This document shows, in pieces, positions 1-13,600 of a stretch of 64,000 nucleotides of DNA. The stretch's first letter is position 1; the number at the start of each line of letters is the position of its first letter. Under the pieces are notes generated by a model. It searched no databases. It had not been told where the DNA came from and saw nothing but the letters and a program-made list of their open reading frames with translations. Source of the stretch: Seison nebaliae (lineage: Eukaryota); NCBI GenBank assembly GCA_023231475.1, contig JALJEE010002162.1:1-64000 (forward strand), read 5' to 3'. Position numbers and translations under genes: made by a program.

Positions 1-140
1 CGTTCCTGAAGCACTCAAGCATTTTATTGTAACGGGCAGGAACCTAATCTTAAATAACTCCTTTAAGGAGTTATCTTTTTTTCTTTTTAATTTACCCCGC
101 GGGGATTTGCTATAAATAAAAAAAAAAAAAAAAAAAAAAA
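1..140 (+). mobile_element. Possible 3' end of a retroposed sequence (AATAAA plus A23 tract)
   Basis: The frame from nt 2 stays open until TAA at 113-115, immediately followed by AATAAA (115-120) and a 23-nt A run (118-140). Truncated by the window edge. Confidence 0.3.
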
Positions 141-669
141 TCTTAACAGATAAAATTTATGTTTCTTTTTTAATTGAAAATCGATAAGAATTTGAAAGAA
201 ATGAGTTTTCTATAGAAATTTATTATAGTTTATGAACGATTGAAAGATGATATGCAATAACATTTAGTTAAGTGTTGTATAAAAAAAGAGGAAATGTGGG
301 GGATGGGGGGAGGAAAGAATTGAAATAATAAAAGGAAGAAAAGATTCCTCATTCATCATTCCCGATGAATGAAGATGAAGAATGAGAATAGATGAATGAA
401 TCTGCAAGATAATTTGAAATAGAAATTTGTGTGAAAATAACCGATCGAATTAAAAGGAATTCGAAATGAGGATAGGTAAAATGACGAAAAAGATGTATGG
501 TGAAGAGGAATTGGTATTATGAGTATTTGAAAAAAAAAATTGTAAAACGAATGAACATATTTCTCGTAGAACGATTGATAATAATGAAACTGGTTTTATT
601 GAGTTGATGTTGATTGGTGGTATGGGATCGTTGACATTTGTTTGAGAATATTGATTGATTGATAGTCAG

Positions 670-3600
670 TTAGAATGCGAGATATGTCTGATAACTCGTT
701 CCTTGATGAATCTGTGGACATTTGCGACAAGTACTTGATTGAAATGCGTTAACTACACGAATCTAATAATAAGGAAGAGATTTAATAGAGTTTTTCATAT
801 AAACTGATTTGAAGAATGTCATGTGCAAATCATGAATCAGACGAGTAAGCAAAGAACTACATACGTCACAATTTCGAAATTGGACGACTAAGAATATAAT
901 CGTTAGAACTATATATATAATATCAATATAAGAAGCAATCAATAAAATATTTTGAATCAAACAGACAATTAGAGAATGGATTAATGTCGAAAAAATCGTA
1001 TTAGTAAAAGAGTGAGCGATTTTTGTAAGTGTTACCGATAGGGTGAGGAACTTATAATGTAAGAGTTGATTTGCAGAAATAATGCCAGTGGAATTGCTTA
1101 GAAAAGATAAACAACTCATTCGACACGGAACTGATAAGAAGGGTGATCGTTTGAAAGGTGAGTATTGAATGATAGCGTGAAAATTATGTGAATGAATTAT
1201 TCATAGACGATTCGATATGAGTATGGAGAGGTATATCGACACATGTCAGTTCCAATAGTCATCTGTGGAATGGAAATAAAAATAATAGAAATTGTTTATG
1301 ACAATGAATTAGTGAGACTAGCGAATACATTTCGCTAAACTAATAAATAAATGATAAATATCTAATAAGAGTCGATGTTAATTGAAGAAAATGATGAAAG
1401 AATTTCTAACTGAGTTTTATCTAAATTAATTGAGGATTAGTAAGAATCTACAGACGAAAATGTTTACTACAATATTTATTATTTCTTCTTTTCCATACCG
1501 AATTAGTTGGATATTTGAGAAAGAAATATTTTGGAAAGGAACTGTCAAAATTATCGTCGGACTCGAAGGAAGTGGAAGAATTTAAAGGAAATTTAGTGAC
1601 TTGTCCGATAAATTGTCAATTGGTCATCGGTCATTTCATTGACGAAATGTATCCTGATAATGACAGGAGGGAATTCCAGAGAACGACTGGAAAAAGAATG
1701 AACTTCTCATTCATCTTCAACTAAATACAGTACATGTAAAAGATGAAGGTGAATGTGAATGTGAATAAATGAATCATCGATTGATTCGATAAGAAAAATG
1801 GCAATTGAACATATTTTTAGTAGCGAAACAATAAATTTAAAAAAAAATGAACAAATAGGAAATTTTAGAGAGATTTATTAGAGAATTCCGTTTTTCTGTA
1901 AGAACTTCAATAATTGCTGTTTGTGCTCATAGTAGCAATAGTAGTAGTAATATTAGTAGTAGTTGTAGTTGTAGTAGTAGTATTTGTAGTAGTATTTGTA
2001 GTAGTAGTAGTAGTAATAATAGTAGTAGTAGTAGTTGTTGTTGTTGTGGAGATGATGATAATTTGTAATTGAGATGAAAATAATGAAAATAAATAGATTC
2101 GTTCTAGAATTTGAGAGAAGGGAATGGGTCGTGGAATACTCAATTTGGACTGATCAGCGAAATTCGAGATATCAAATCGGTGGAAGTAAAATGGAATTAC
2201 TTCGTAACGGATTGACGAATGATGATTTTGAATTTGTGATAGATGGAAATAAGATACTTGAATGAGATATGAGTTAAATATGAGACTTCCCCCTCCCAAA
2301 CAATCTATTCATATTAGGACGATGAAATTCATATTTTCATTTATCGATCAAATTACATATATTTCATCCGTCGATTATGGTATTGTGGAAGTGTTTCTCA
2401 TCAAAATCCTCATGATGATCATTTGAGATTCAATAAAGAGGGAAGATGAATGATTCGTTGCATTAAAATAGAATTAGAGAGAGCTGGCTCTTCTATATTA
2501 AACTGATGATGATTATTATTAATATTATGATTATTGTTATTGTTATTGTTGTTGTTGTGGGTAAATGTTATATCGCTTTTCTCATGATAAATAAGATTGA
2601 ACGCGAACAGCAACAACATAAAAGGAAATTATTGTACTAATAATATAGTTTGATGTGAAATGATAGGAGAAGAGGAGATATGATGATGATGATGATGATA
2701 ATGATAATGATGAAGAAGAAGAAGAAGCGCAATAAAGATATTGCAATCCAATTCTCTCCGATATCAGAGACGGTTCATCACGATGGCAGAATTTGGAAAA
2801 AGAATGAGATAATAGAATTGAAATTTATGTTTTCTTTTTACAAGATCTTTATATTATCGGAATTCGTTTAATGACGATACTGACTCCATGTACGGATTAC
2901 GTCAAGCTGCAAGACCATATCAGAAGGAAACCACAAACCATTTCCAGTTATCGGATTTGACACATTCATTATTTTGCCATAAATATGTTGGAATTGATCG
3001 TTTTGTCATTTCATTCAATGAAGTCATTTATCCGGTTTTAGGATAAGAAGAAAGAAAAAAAGAAGAAAAATCAATTAATTAATTCTTTCTCTCATAGTTC
3101 CATAATGGTCTCCTCACATAGTGATCATTCACCATATGATTCTCTAAACAACTTTCAATTGTCGGATCGGTTTTGGGACGACACTCACAATGACTGCTAC
3201 ATATATCACGTCACAAATAAACGAGGACAATAAATTTTTCGTGCGATAATATTTAAAAAAGGAGGATCGGGACGATGAATTCTCATCACAATCATTAAGG
3301 TTCATCTATTGGGATGAGGAGAAGTTTCTATATACGAGGGAAAAGATTTCTCTCGGAAAAAAATGTGTGGACATTCCAGAAAATTTTTATTGGGGCAAAA
3401 AACCTATTTTTAGCACTGAATCATTTCATTTCATCAGTAGTAGTCGAAGTTGAATGTAAGAGAGGTAATGATAAGCAATGAGACATAGTGCGAGAAGTGG
3501 ATTATCCGTTGCAATTGGTAAAAAATGGGATGGTGGGAAAAGAACAATAAATTTTATAAATGATGTTGTGCGATGGAAAAAATTGATGATATTCCTATGA

Positions 3601-6600
3601 AAGAAATAATTGGGATGGGAATTTCGAAATGAAAAAAAAACACACACGAAGGACAAAAAAAAATGATTAAGAAAAACACGAAATATTAAAGGAAGAAAGA
3701 TATATTAGAGTCAAGAAATTAATACCATTGTGATGATGGTGATTTAGATACATGTTCTTGAAACGTTTTAACCACTTGCACCTTTTTTTAATCAAAATAA
3801 AAATAGAAAAGAAAGACAATAGGACGTTGTTGAAATGATTAGTTGTCATTCGGAAGAGAAATTAAGTCACAAAATCGATGTTGATGTCACACTTCTTCCT
3901 CTCCCTCTCTCTTTCATACATTTTTTTTTAATTTGAACTTTCTTTATTTCCAATTGAAACGATATTTTCAAAGAAATTTCGACAAATTTAATTGTCGTTC
4001 TCTCATCTCTCAGGAAATCATACGGCGCATCATAACAACAATCGATGGATTTTTCGAAAAAAACTTAAGAAATTTGAAAATTTTTTCTTTTTGATAACGA
4101 ATCGAATGGGCATTGGAACGATTCGTTAAGTTTTTCGAATCGGGAAAATATTTGTGAATGATGAAAAGAACCTGAGTCTGTATTCTTGTCAGTCCTCGTA
4201 ACCAGAGAATCTGTCCAGTTTTCAATTGAGATTTAATCGAATCGGTATCGCTACTCTGTTCGATATCTTCTTCCAAACTTCGTTTGGGTCCACAAGTTAT
4301 CTTCTCCAATTGGTCGTTGGGTATGAAGCAGAGAACCTGAAAAGAGAAATTGAATAATAATAATAATATAAAAAGTTTGAAGATATTTGATGAATTGAAC
4401 TTGATGCCATAGAAGAGAACCAAAACCGAACAATAAACACCACATCCATTGTTCAGCGTTGAGTGCGACCGTTTGAAATGCGATTCCTCCAAACTGAATA
4501 ATGAGAACCTGAAAATGATGAGTTGATAATGATGTTAAATTGTGAAAGATGAAATTGAACTTGACCGATAATTGTCGTAATCCAAATACCGACAAAAATG
4601 TAATTGGAGAATAATCCTTGGAAAACATTACGTTGTCCATGAATTTTTCTTGCATTAATTTCATTGAACACTGTCATCATAACGAAGGTATTGAAAATCA
4701 TTGTAAAATGAACAGTCGGTCTGGGACTTCCACCTTGATTCATTCCAGGAACAATATCGAAGAGAGTGGGACCTTTTCAATATTTTCTTCAGTTAATTTT
4801 GAAATTTTAAAAAAAATATAATTAACCGCAAAATAGCATGACGAAAATAACAGTGAGTTGATATAAACCATGACCAAGAATGTTCTTTAACATCGGCGCT
4901 GATACGAGAGCCTTATTCCTGCCATATGGTTTCCTCTCCAACAATTCATCTGTTGGCATTTCTGTCGCTAATGCGAGAGAGGCCAATGTGTCCATAATTA
5001 AATTCACCCACAACATTTGTACAGCTCTTAATGGACTGTCTTTGATAGCACACGCACCAGTAAACGCGACAACCACAGCCACAATATTAACTGTTAATTG
5101 AAATTGGAGGAATTTGGCGATACTGTCATACACATTCCTTCCCCATTTTACGGCTTTAACGATCGACGTGAAATTATCATCAGTAAGAATGATATCTGAT
5201 GCTTCTTTCGCCACATCTGTTCCTTGAATTCCCATAGCGAAACCAACATCAGCTCGTTTGAGTGCTGGTGCGTCATTCGTTCCATCACCAGTAACTGCGA
5301 CAACTTCTCTCGTTTCATTTAATTTCGATTCGATCATATTCTTCACTAAAGTATATTTGTCTTGTGGAGAGGAACGAGCTAATACTCGCAAATTCGGCCA
5401 AATCTCATTGAATCGTCTCATATTAATATTTCCTTTACTGTCGAGAACTTGTCCACGGAACTCTTTTCCTTCCATCACTATTGCTCCTTCTTCCTCGTCA
5501 AGAATTCCACACTTTTTGGCAATAGCTCGAGCTGTCGTCAAATTATCACCCGTTACCATTCGAACGGTTACACCAGCTTCCTGACATTTCCTGATGGCAT
5601 CAGGAACTTCCGGACGAACGGGATCTTCGATTCCCACAATAGCGATTAATGTCAAATTAGAAATAATATAATCTTCAGCATCCCAATTTGGAATTGATTC
5701 GAATACTTCTTCATTCATTTGTTCTTTCGTTCCAACTGAAATGAGAATTAAAATGAAATTGAATAAAATTGTGAAAGAAAAAAAATAATAATAACGTTTG
5801 ACAAAATCACGATAGGCGAGACCAATTGTTCGTAATGCATCTTGTGCCATTTTCTCGATAATTTGAGATCGAAATTGTTTCCGATCTTCATCTGTAAATT
5901 TATTGACTTGTTTGCTGCCCATCTTAAAATATGTGCATCTGGAAAAGAAATTTAAATTAGAAATAAATTAAAGAGAAAATTTTGAAAACTTTCCAAGAAC
6001 AATTTCGGATGCACCTTTTGTATATACACGATATCCTCGACCATCTGACAATGGTACGACAGTTGACATACTTTTACGAGCTGAATTGAAAGTGAAGACG
6101 TGTGTGAATTTCTCTTCTGGCATGGCATCACGAACAGCATCATAATCACCACCCAATTCCTTCATAAATCCGAGTAGAGCACATTCCGTTTTATTTCCTA
6201 ATTGTGTGGGATATTGGCCTTTCTCTTCGAACTTATGAATAAATGAATGAATGAAAATTCAAAAAAATTTAATTTTAAAAGAAACTTTCAATTTACTTGT
6301 ATAGCTACTGTTGATGGCAGAATTTTGATAGATTAATTCTCTTTCTTCTTCACCTATTGGAGTTTTCGATGAAAATTTTTCATGCACATCAGCTACAATA
6401 ATGAAAAATAGAATAGAATGAAAATAAATGATAATAATAATGAACTTCCTACACATGCACGTACAACAGTCATTCGATTTTTAGTGAGAGTTCCCGTCTT
6501 ATCAGAACAGATGGCAGTTGCATTTCCCATCGTTTCACAAGCATCCAAATGCCTCACCAAATTATTATCCTTCATCATTTTCTTCACGGCATAAGCGAGA

Positions 6601-7787
6601 GATATAGTAACGGCGAGTGGTAAACCTTCTGGTACAGCCACCACCAAAACCGTTATACCGATAATGAGATATTGGACAAAATTGCGAAAATATGCATTCT
6701 TCCACGAATGTCCTTGAAGTGCGAACTCTTCGACACAAAATCGAATAACAAGAATAATTACGGTGAGAATGGCAATAGTCATTCCTGCATATCCAATTTG
6801 AATTGCCAATTTAGTCAATTTGGTTTGGAGGACGCTTTGCTCCTTTCGTTTCACTCGTTTCTTCACCGGTTCCTCTGGTTTGAAACTGACATCATCCATT
6901 GGAACTTCCTCATAATTATTTCCGTCAGCATTCCGTTTTTTCGTCCCTGTCGATTGTGTATCTTGAACGACTGGTGCTTCTTGTTTAGGTGGTGGGGCTG
7001 GTGTTCCACCGGCACCTAATAATACGAAAATTTTTCCCGCTTGAGAATTCCTTCCAACGGCAGTAACGAGCATCGTTCCACTTCCTTCCAATACGTGCGT
7101 GCCTGATAAGAGAACGATTTCTTTATCGGGAGATTTCTTAATCTGATCCGATTCACCCGTCAATGACGATTCGTCGATTTTCAATTCTTTACAAGCAATC
7201 ACTAAACCGTCAGCAGGTAATAAATCTCCATATTTTACTTGACAAACGTCGCCCACCACAATCTCTTTCGTGAGAATTTCGATGACTTCTCCATTGCGAA
7301 CAACGGTGAACTTATGTTCTTGTTCGATCTTTTCTTGAAGACCTCGAAATTGTTTCTCTTTACTCCAATCGTTAAACGCTGTGACGAGAACGACGACGAT
7401 AACAGCTCCAAGAATTGCAACTCCTTCGATCCATTCCACATTCATTTCTTCGTTACCATGAGCACCCTTGTCTGGTTCATGATAGAAACTCAATCCCAAT
7501 GAGATAATGGCACAAATGATGAGAATAATTAGAGTGACATCTTGAATGGCTTCCCAGACTAATTCAAAGAATGTCTTTGGTGGTTTGGGAGGAATTTCAT
7601 TCCTTCCATAAACTTCCTCTCTTTCATTGATATCAGTAGCGTTGATGCCCCTCCTCGCATCCGAATTCAATGCACCAGCTAATCCTTCTATTCCACCATA
7701 TTTCTCTTTTACATGATTGACGGCTTCAATACCGTGCAATTGATTAATGTCATCCAAATCACTTATCGTCGCTTTGAATCGAGACAT
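670..7787 (-). CDS. PMCA: Plasma membrane calcium-transporting ATPase (P-type IIB). Exons 7787-6446, 6392-6286, 6231-5990, 5938-5796, 5735-4827, 4772-4561, 4508-4401, 4336-4172, 762-670; ~1106 aa
   Basis: P-type motifs [51 protein letters not shown]-specific [19 protein letters not shown] and the CaM-binding domain [22 protein letters not shown]. All 8 introns are GT-AG and keep the frame when joined. Start is the accATG at 7787. Confidence 0.95.
1930..2047. repeat. Imperfect (GTA/GTT)n microsatellite in the long PMCA intron
   Basis: Direct reading. It explains the poly-Thr ORF 1907..2299. Confidence 0.9.
2505..2557. repeat. (TGA/TTA/TTG)n trinucleotide repeat
   Basis: Direct reading. Confidence 0.8.
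2680..2727. repeat. (TGA)n(GAA)n compound microsatellite
   Basis: Direct reading. Confidence 0.85.
2868..2906 (-). CDS. PMCA: Candidate alternative terminal exon of PMCA ('a'-like variant), [12 protein letters not shown]
   Basis: Preceded by ggtcttgcag. Phase 0 matches the donor after ...RIQTQ (4171). The peptide parallels IRVVNAF and, from recall, the mammalian a-type IDVINTF/MDVVNAF. Confidence 0.55.
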   Translation of the reverse strand, partial: LDVIRTWSQYRH

Positions 7788-10027
7788 GGTGTTGATGAAA
7801 CTATTTCTCTTCTCCTTTAATTCCAATTGGGCAATAATGATAATAATGAAATAATTATTCTTTCCTTAATAACATCAATATTTCTCTCTGGGATTCTCTC
7901 CTCATATGACATATATTCATCAATCGATTAACTTCTATCACTTTTTCTAATTGAATGTTGGATGAGACAGTATATTTATCTTCTCTCCAAACAAAACGAT
8001 GGATAATGAAAGACGAATAATTTTTTAGATATTTAACAATAGATAAAATTCGTTTGATCACAAATCAATTTATTTGAGAATCTTCCCTTTTTCTTTTTTT
8101 GAACAGTATTAATAAATTGTTGACGATCAAATAATAAAATGAAGTTGATTGGCAATAAGAACGGCTTCGTGAGAAATTGTTTGCATATACTTAAATGCCG
8201 CTATTCTCTATTCTACAGAATGGAACGAACTGAAATTGAAAAAAAGTTAAATCGATCCTCGCTCAATGATGGAAACGATCAAATCGATTGTCAATTCTTC
8301 TTCTTGTCTTGTGTGACGTATATGATAATTAGAGCAGACCAGCAGTTCTTTCCCCTCGATCAAATTGTGGCTCTCGTTTCAAAATAACAAATCCTTTCCA
8401 TTAATCGGTAAAATTACTATTGAGAAGTTTGGAAGAATAGCGCTCAATTGAGTCGCCCAACTGCATGAAAAAGGCCTCAATGCTGAAAAATAAAGTGATT
8501 GAACGCCACCGGTCTAAGTTTCCAAAAAGAAATTAAACATAATCATAATTAAATTATTAATATCATTCGAAATATTCGAAAAAGAAGTTTGAAAGAATTA
8601 TTTAGAAGGAAAAAAAGAAATTTGATTAATAAATGTGAAATATTTTTGAATGAAAATTAGAACGTGAAGAATAAATAACATTCACTCAGGAAGATGACTC
8701 ATTATTAATGAAAATAAATAAAAATTCTCATTCGTCATCAACATTCCGTTATGAATCGTCTCAATTGTTTTCATTGAGGCAAATGGAAACATCTATTCCA
8801 TCTGTGTTAGAAAACGATTTGATCGGAACGAAAATGAAGAATGAGAGAAATGAATTGAATCAAGTAGTTTCCATCAGAATTGCCTAGTGATCCTTTCTCC
8901 TGAATTCTTAGAAGAACTTTCAAGGGTTTTCTCAATCAAATCAACTAGAATTTATATTAAAATTAATGAAAGAATAAAATTAATGGACAGAAGACGAATA
9001 GGAAAACTTTTAAATGACATTAATAAATAAAAGGAATTTGAAAGATTAAAAAGAAAATGGAGAAGATTTAATGAATGCTTACAAATGAGTCGAGGACTTC
9101 ATTTTCATCACTTTTTGAAAAAACAATGGATTTATTTACGAGATTAATTCTTTTTTCTTAATTCTCCTCAAAAATCCTTTTCTTATTTATAAGTTGAAGT
9201 TCTTCAAATCATCGATAAAATATGTTACATCATTTATTGATGGTAGAATGATGGGAATGATGGAGAGTAACGTAATTTGAATACTGTTTGTGGGTGATGA
9301 TAATGATGAAATGTTGATGGTGGTAATGTTTGGGGAATTTGTATAATAGAAAGGAAAAATCCGTCATGGAGTTGGAGCATATCACTTATCGATGTCTTAC
9401 GAGGAAAGATGACGATTGTTTGGAGATGAAAAAGGAGATATAAAAAAGGAACGATTATCAAACGAGATTGGGATGTAGTGAGAACGACGTTATTGTTGAT
9501 GTTGTGTATGGATGACATCAATGAAAAGTTTATAAGAATTGTGAATGGAGAAGGAGAGGACACGAATTATCCAACAATATATAGAAACATTGAATCAGAA
9601 GCAGATTATCCGAATTTATCTCCTTCTTCTCCCTCCGACTAAACTTCCACTAAAGACAAACGACACGAAGAATTACATTAGCAATTAATTTACTTATGCA
9701 AATGTAATTTAGGCGAATGCTAATTGAAACATCAAACCATCAGTGTTGTCCATGTAACGGACAGACAACTTACGGAATGAACACTACCAATTTGCATTTA
9801 TCAACTTCACATTTCGACGACGACAACGACGACGACGACAATGATGATGGAGGAAGTGAGAAAACGAACTAAATTGAATTTATAATGTTCATTGTTTATG
9901 TGTGAATGTCCACTCGATTGCTATAATGTTGATGACGATGATAATTGTGGAGAAACGAGGATGATATTTCGAATAAGTTACATGAATTTATCTCTCGTCT
10001 TTCCTTTCAATTGGGGAGAAAAAATAT

Positions 10028-10067
10028 TGTGTGTGTGTGTGTGTATGTGTGTATTTGTGTGTGTGTG
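10028..10067. repeat. (GT)n microsatellite
   Basis: Direct reading. Confidence 0.9.
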
Positions 10068-10576
10068 ACACCAAGACGATTATAGTCGAATAATAATAGA
10101 ATTGATGTATGATCGTATAAACTCTCCATTCATTATCATTACACTCAGCTACATGAATCATTCAAATAATTTCCTTCAAATTTGAAATTGATGAGAGGAG
10201 AGAGTGGAGATATCAAGTAATGAACGGTGTTGTCGAATATAATTAGTGAAGTTATTACATTTGCTCGTGTTTGATAGGAACGGGAACTGAACTCCCCGAC
10301 GTTTGTTCACTTCAGTTGAAGACGCCGAATGAAACTTTTCAATTCGACATTTAGTCAAAATGACTCGTTGTATATACACTGCCTAATAACTAATTATCAT
10401 TAAAACGTTCTCTAACCAACAGCGTTTGAGACAGAAGAGATTCTTCATTCTTTTTCAAATTCGAATCTTTTCACTCCACCATATTCTCTTCACTCCACCT
10501 CCTCTCTACGTGTAGGCCACACACATTCCTTCCAAATTTTACATAAACTTCGCTGAACGAAAGGAAAGTTGAGGAA

Positions 10577-10599
10577 TGTGTGTGTGTGTATGTGTGTGT

Positions 10600-10636
<37 letters not shown>

Positions 10637-10645
10637 CATGTGTGT
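10577..10645. repeat. (GT)n microsatellite
   Basis: Direct reading. It explains the HT-repeat ORFs at 10471-10879. Confidence 0.9.
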
Positions 10646-13600
10646 AATAAATATGGAAGTGGAGGGGAAGAAGAAGAGAATGGAATTCGAAGCAATCCGA
10701 ACACAACAATAATAAGAAGAAAATAAAGAGGGAGAAGAGAGAAGATATATAAATCTTTTCTTTTCTTTCCACACATATGCAATGGAGACGAAAGAAGACG
10801 AACATACGAACGATGCACTTATTGTATCAGAATAGAAGTGTATATGTCTCAATTCTTCCCTCATTCCACATAAGGACAAATATAAAATTTATTTCCATTT
10901 CAAACATTATGTAATCTGTTTTAGCAGTCTTTAATAAATTTGTGGGGCGATAGAAGAGTGTATTCATTTTCGTGATCATACACATCTCCCCTCCCCAATG
11001 ACACATAGTCGAATGCTGATATTTCTCAAATAAAAAATCATTAATTTCTTTCGAATGAATTCTCTTCTGGTCAATTGGAAATCACCGATCAGATTTGCCA
11101 TTCAATGATGATGAGAACAATGAGGAAGATGAGATATGAACGAGAATAAAATGACCGATCTGATTTGAGAGTATATTAATCGATCGAAACAATTCACATC
11201 ACCCGAAGAGATGACAACGCTCTCCCAATTTCCAGATGACGACGAGGCAAATCATTTCCTATTTGGAAGAGCAAATTCACTTAATTTGTTCGTTCAGTCA
11301 GTTGTGGCAGAAAACGCGGCCGTTCTCCATGTTATCGTTTCTCAGAAGGATTCGATGTTGGAGAGACGGTTGATGACGACAAAAGTGGTGTTGGTGGTGG
11401 TGATAGAATAGAAGGAGTAGGAGCAATATGTTACGAAGAAATATTTGAAACTCCAAATGGTCGACAGTATAATGGTCGGAAGTAGTTTTGAGAAAAATAT
11501 TCATAAATTATACTTCTTTCATTAATGGGGGGGAATTATTTGAAAAAAAGGGAAAATAATCGATTCATTTCTTTTTTGTATGATTATGTGCAGTAGAGTT
11601 GTTGGGAAGTAGATTACATCTCCTTTTTCTGATAGGAGGACATAATAGATATAGAGGAACTAATCGATATGCATATGCGCACAAATAATGATATGAGTAT
11701 ATTTTATATGGAACAGAAGAATAAGAACATAGACTTTTCAATTTGGAGAGGAAGAAGAGAATATTAGAGAAATATAAATAAATCATTGTAGTCTTCGAAG
11801 TGAAGGTGTAATATTTAATTAAAGAGAGTTAACTCCACTTGATAAGAATAACCAGCATATTGAAGAAATATCGGCGGTTAGAAAGAGAACACAGTTCTTA
11901 TGATAGTTGGTTAGCTAAGATTTTGAGGTGGAAATTGTCAGATTTCTAGCTCTTTATCCAACATTGGGAAAGATCCCATTATTTTACTTAATTATTTATT
12001 ATTCCTTCGCTCTCCCTCCTTCTGCCAATGGATTTCAATTCATTCATTTCCCCCGCCATCCACCAAACAAGAAAACATACCGATCTCATCTAAAACCACT
12101 CTCGCATTAATACTGGACGTTCGAACGATCTGAACTTCACCAACATCTTTCAGTTTACCAAATTGAAATTTGTGGTCATTATGAAATTTCGCACTTTTTT
12201 GAATTTTTCCAAAAATTTTATTAATTCTACTTAACACGAAAAAGAAAGAGTTGAATATATATCTGCTGAATGAAAAGTAACGTTTGGAATTAGAGATAAA
12301 ATTAACGTTTATGTCAAATCATAATTTTAATGGAAAATAGAAGAAAGTGGGAGATTATGAATCGAGAGAAAGTTGAACGAAAATTTAATTTAATTCTACC
12401 AATTCGATATCATACTCTTCTAGAAAGGAATGAAAAAGAGAAAATGAAAAGTGGAAATTCAAGCGATATTTACTTATGTGAAATGGAAAGGTGACAAGGT
12501 TGACGTAATGGGAGAGAATGACATCGATGCACTCATCAATTTCAAATCATATAAAACTGAAATGAAGTATATGAGAATTTCGATGTTTGTTCTATCCCGA
12601 AGAGTGAGAGGAGAAGACGTATAAATAGAACGAGATGAACGAGAAAGGTGAAAATATGAGGAAATCAGTTCAACAATTCAAATCACAGAAGAAATTCGAA
12701 ACTTCTACTATTGATGTTATTAAATTCAAATAATTGTGCCACTGGTACTACTAAGTGCAGAGTCTCTCCTTCCACATATCAATGTGCTCCCCTAGATAAG
12801 GTAGTTCTAGCATTGTGTAACAGATTAAGTTAACAGAATTCACTTGTCGAATTGACTATTAGAAATTACAATTCTGATAACTCATAACATATGGCAGTTA
12901 TTTCTTTTAAAAATTGTTAGAAACTGGAAATGAGAAATTCTTATGATTGAATAATAATATCGAGATTTTTTTTTCATCAATAATTCCATGAATGGGATGA
13001 TGGAGAGAAATGAGAAGGAATTATTCGTGTGATGGCAATAAAGAAAGTTAATTGGTCGTATCATCCAATTAATGGTTTTCAAAATGGAAATTAATAACAT
13101 TTCACTACAATCTTATGTAAGGATGAAATAAAATACAGTTGTTTTTCTTCTTCATGTTGTTGTTCTTTTTGTTGTTATGTGGTGTTGATTGTCTGTGTGA
13201 TATTGGAGTATGAAAGGGAAATCGATGGATAATTTGAAGAATTAGGAAGTGGGAAAAAGATGTGAAAATGGAGAAAAGTTGTTCGGTCGTTCCATATATG
13301 TATATATATTCACATGAAACACAATTACATGTACGTTACGCAGTTTAGTTAGAAAGGAAATTATATTTCAACTGACACAACAAATGGAATTGATAACGCT
13401 TATTATGGTGAACAATTTGTGAGAAATGATAATCGATAAAGTAAAAAGTTCATGTTTCATATTGATACATATGATATTTCGATGATTCCTATTCCTCCAC
13501 ACTCTACTACTTACTTTCAAGTGACGTTTGGAGAATATTGTAATAGAGAATAATGGTGTGAATGATGTAAGAGAGATCGATTGATTAAAGAGATATTGGA

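Noticed and set aside
712..734. 23-nt GT-AG micro-intron that would extend the PMCA tail to 596 ([18 protein letters not shown]...)
   Set aside because: Far shorter than the smallest supported intron (51 nt), with no homology support for the extended peptide.
1121..1143. miR-184-like GAACTGATAAG
   Set aside because: The seed differs and there is no hairpin.
4337..4560. PMCA introns 6 and 7 share ends (CAA|GTTCAATT...TTTTCAG|GTTCTC), suggesting introner-like duplication
   Set aside because: The interiors do not align, and the introns flank a 108-nt exon matching the vertebrate PMCA site-B exon, so the positions look ancestral. Splice consensus and Q|V codons explain the similarity.
6393..6448. 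Non-canonical GA-AG intron in PMCA (GTAG|GAAGTT), giving ACVADVH
   Set aside because: A GT donor 3 nt downstream (GAA|GTTCAT, 6445) has the same phase and matches the local GTT consensus, so GA is not required. Only RNA-seq could revive it.
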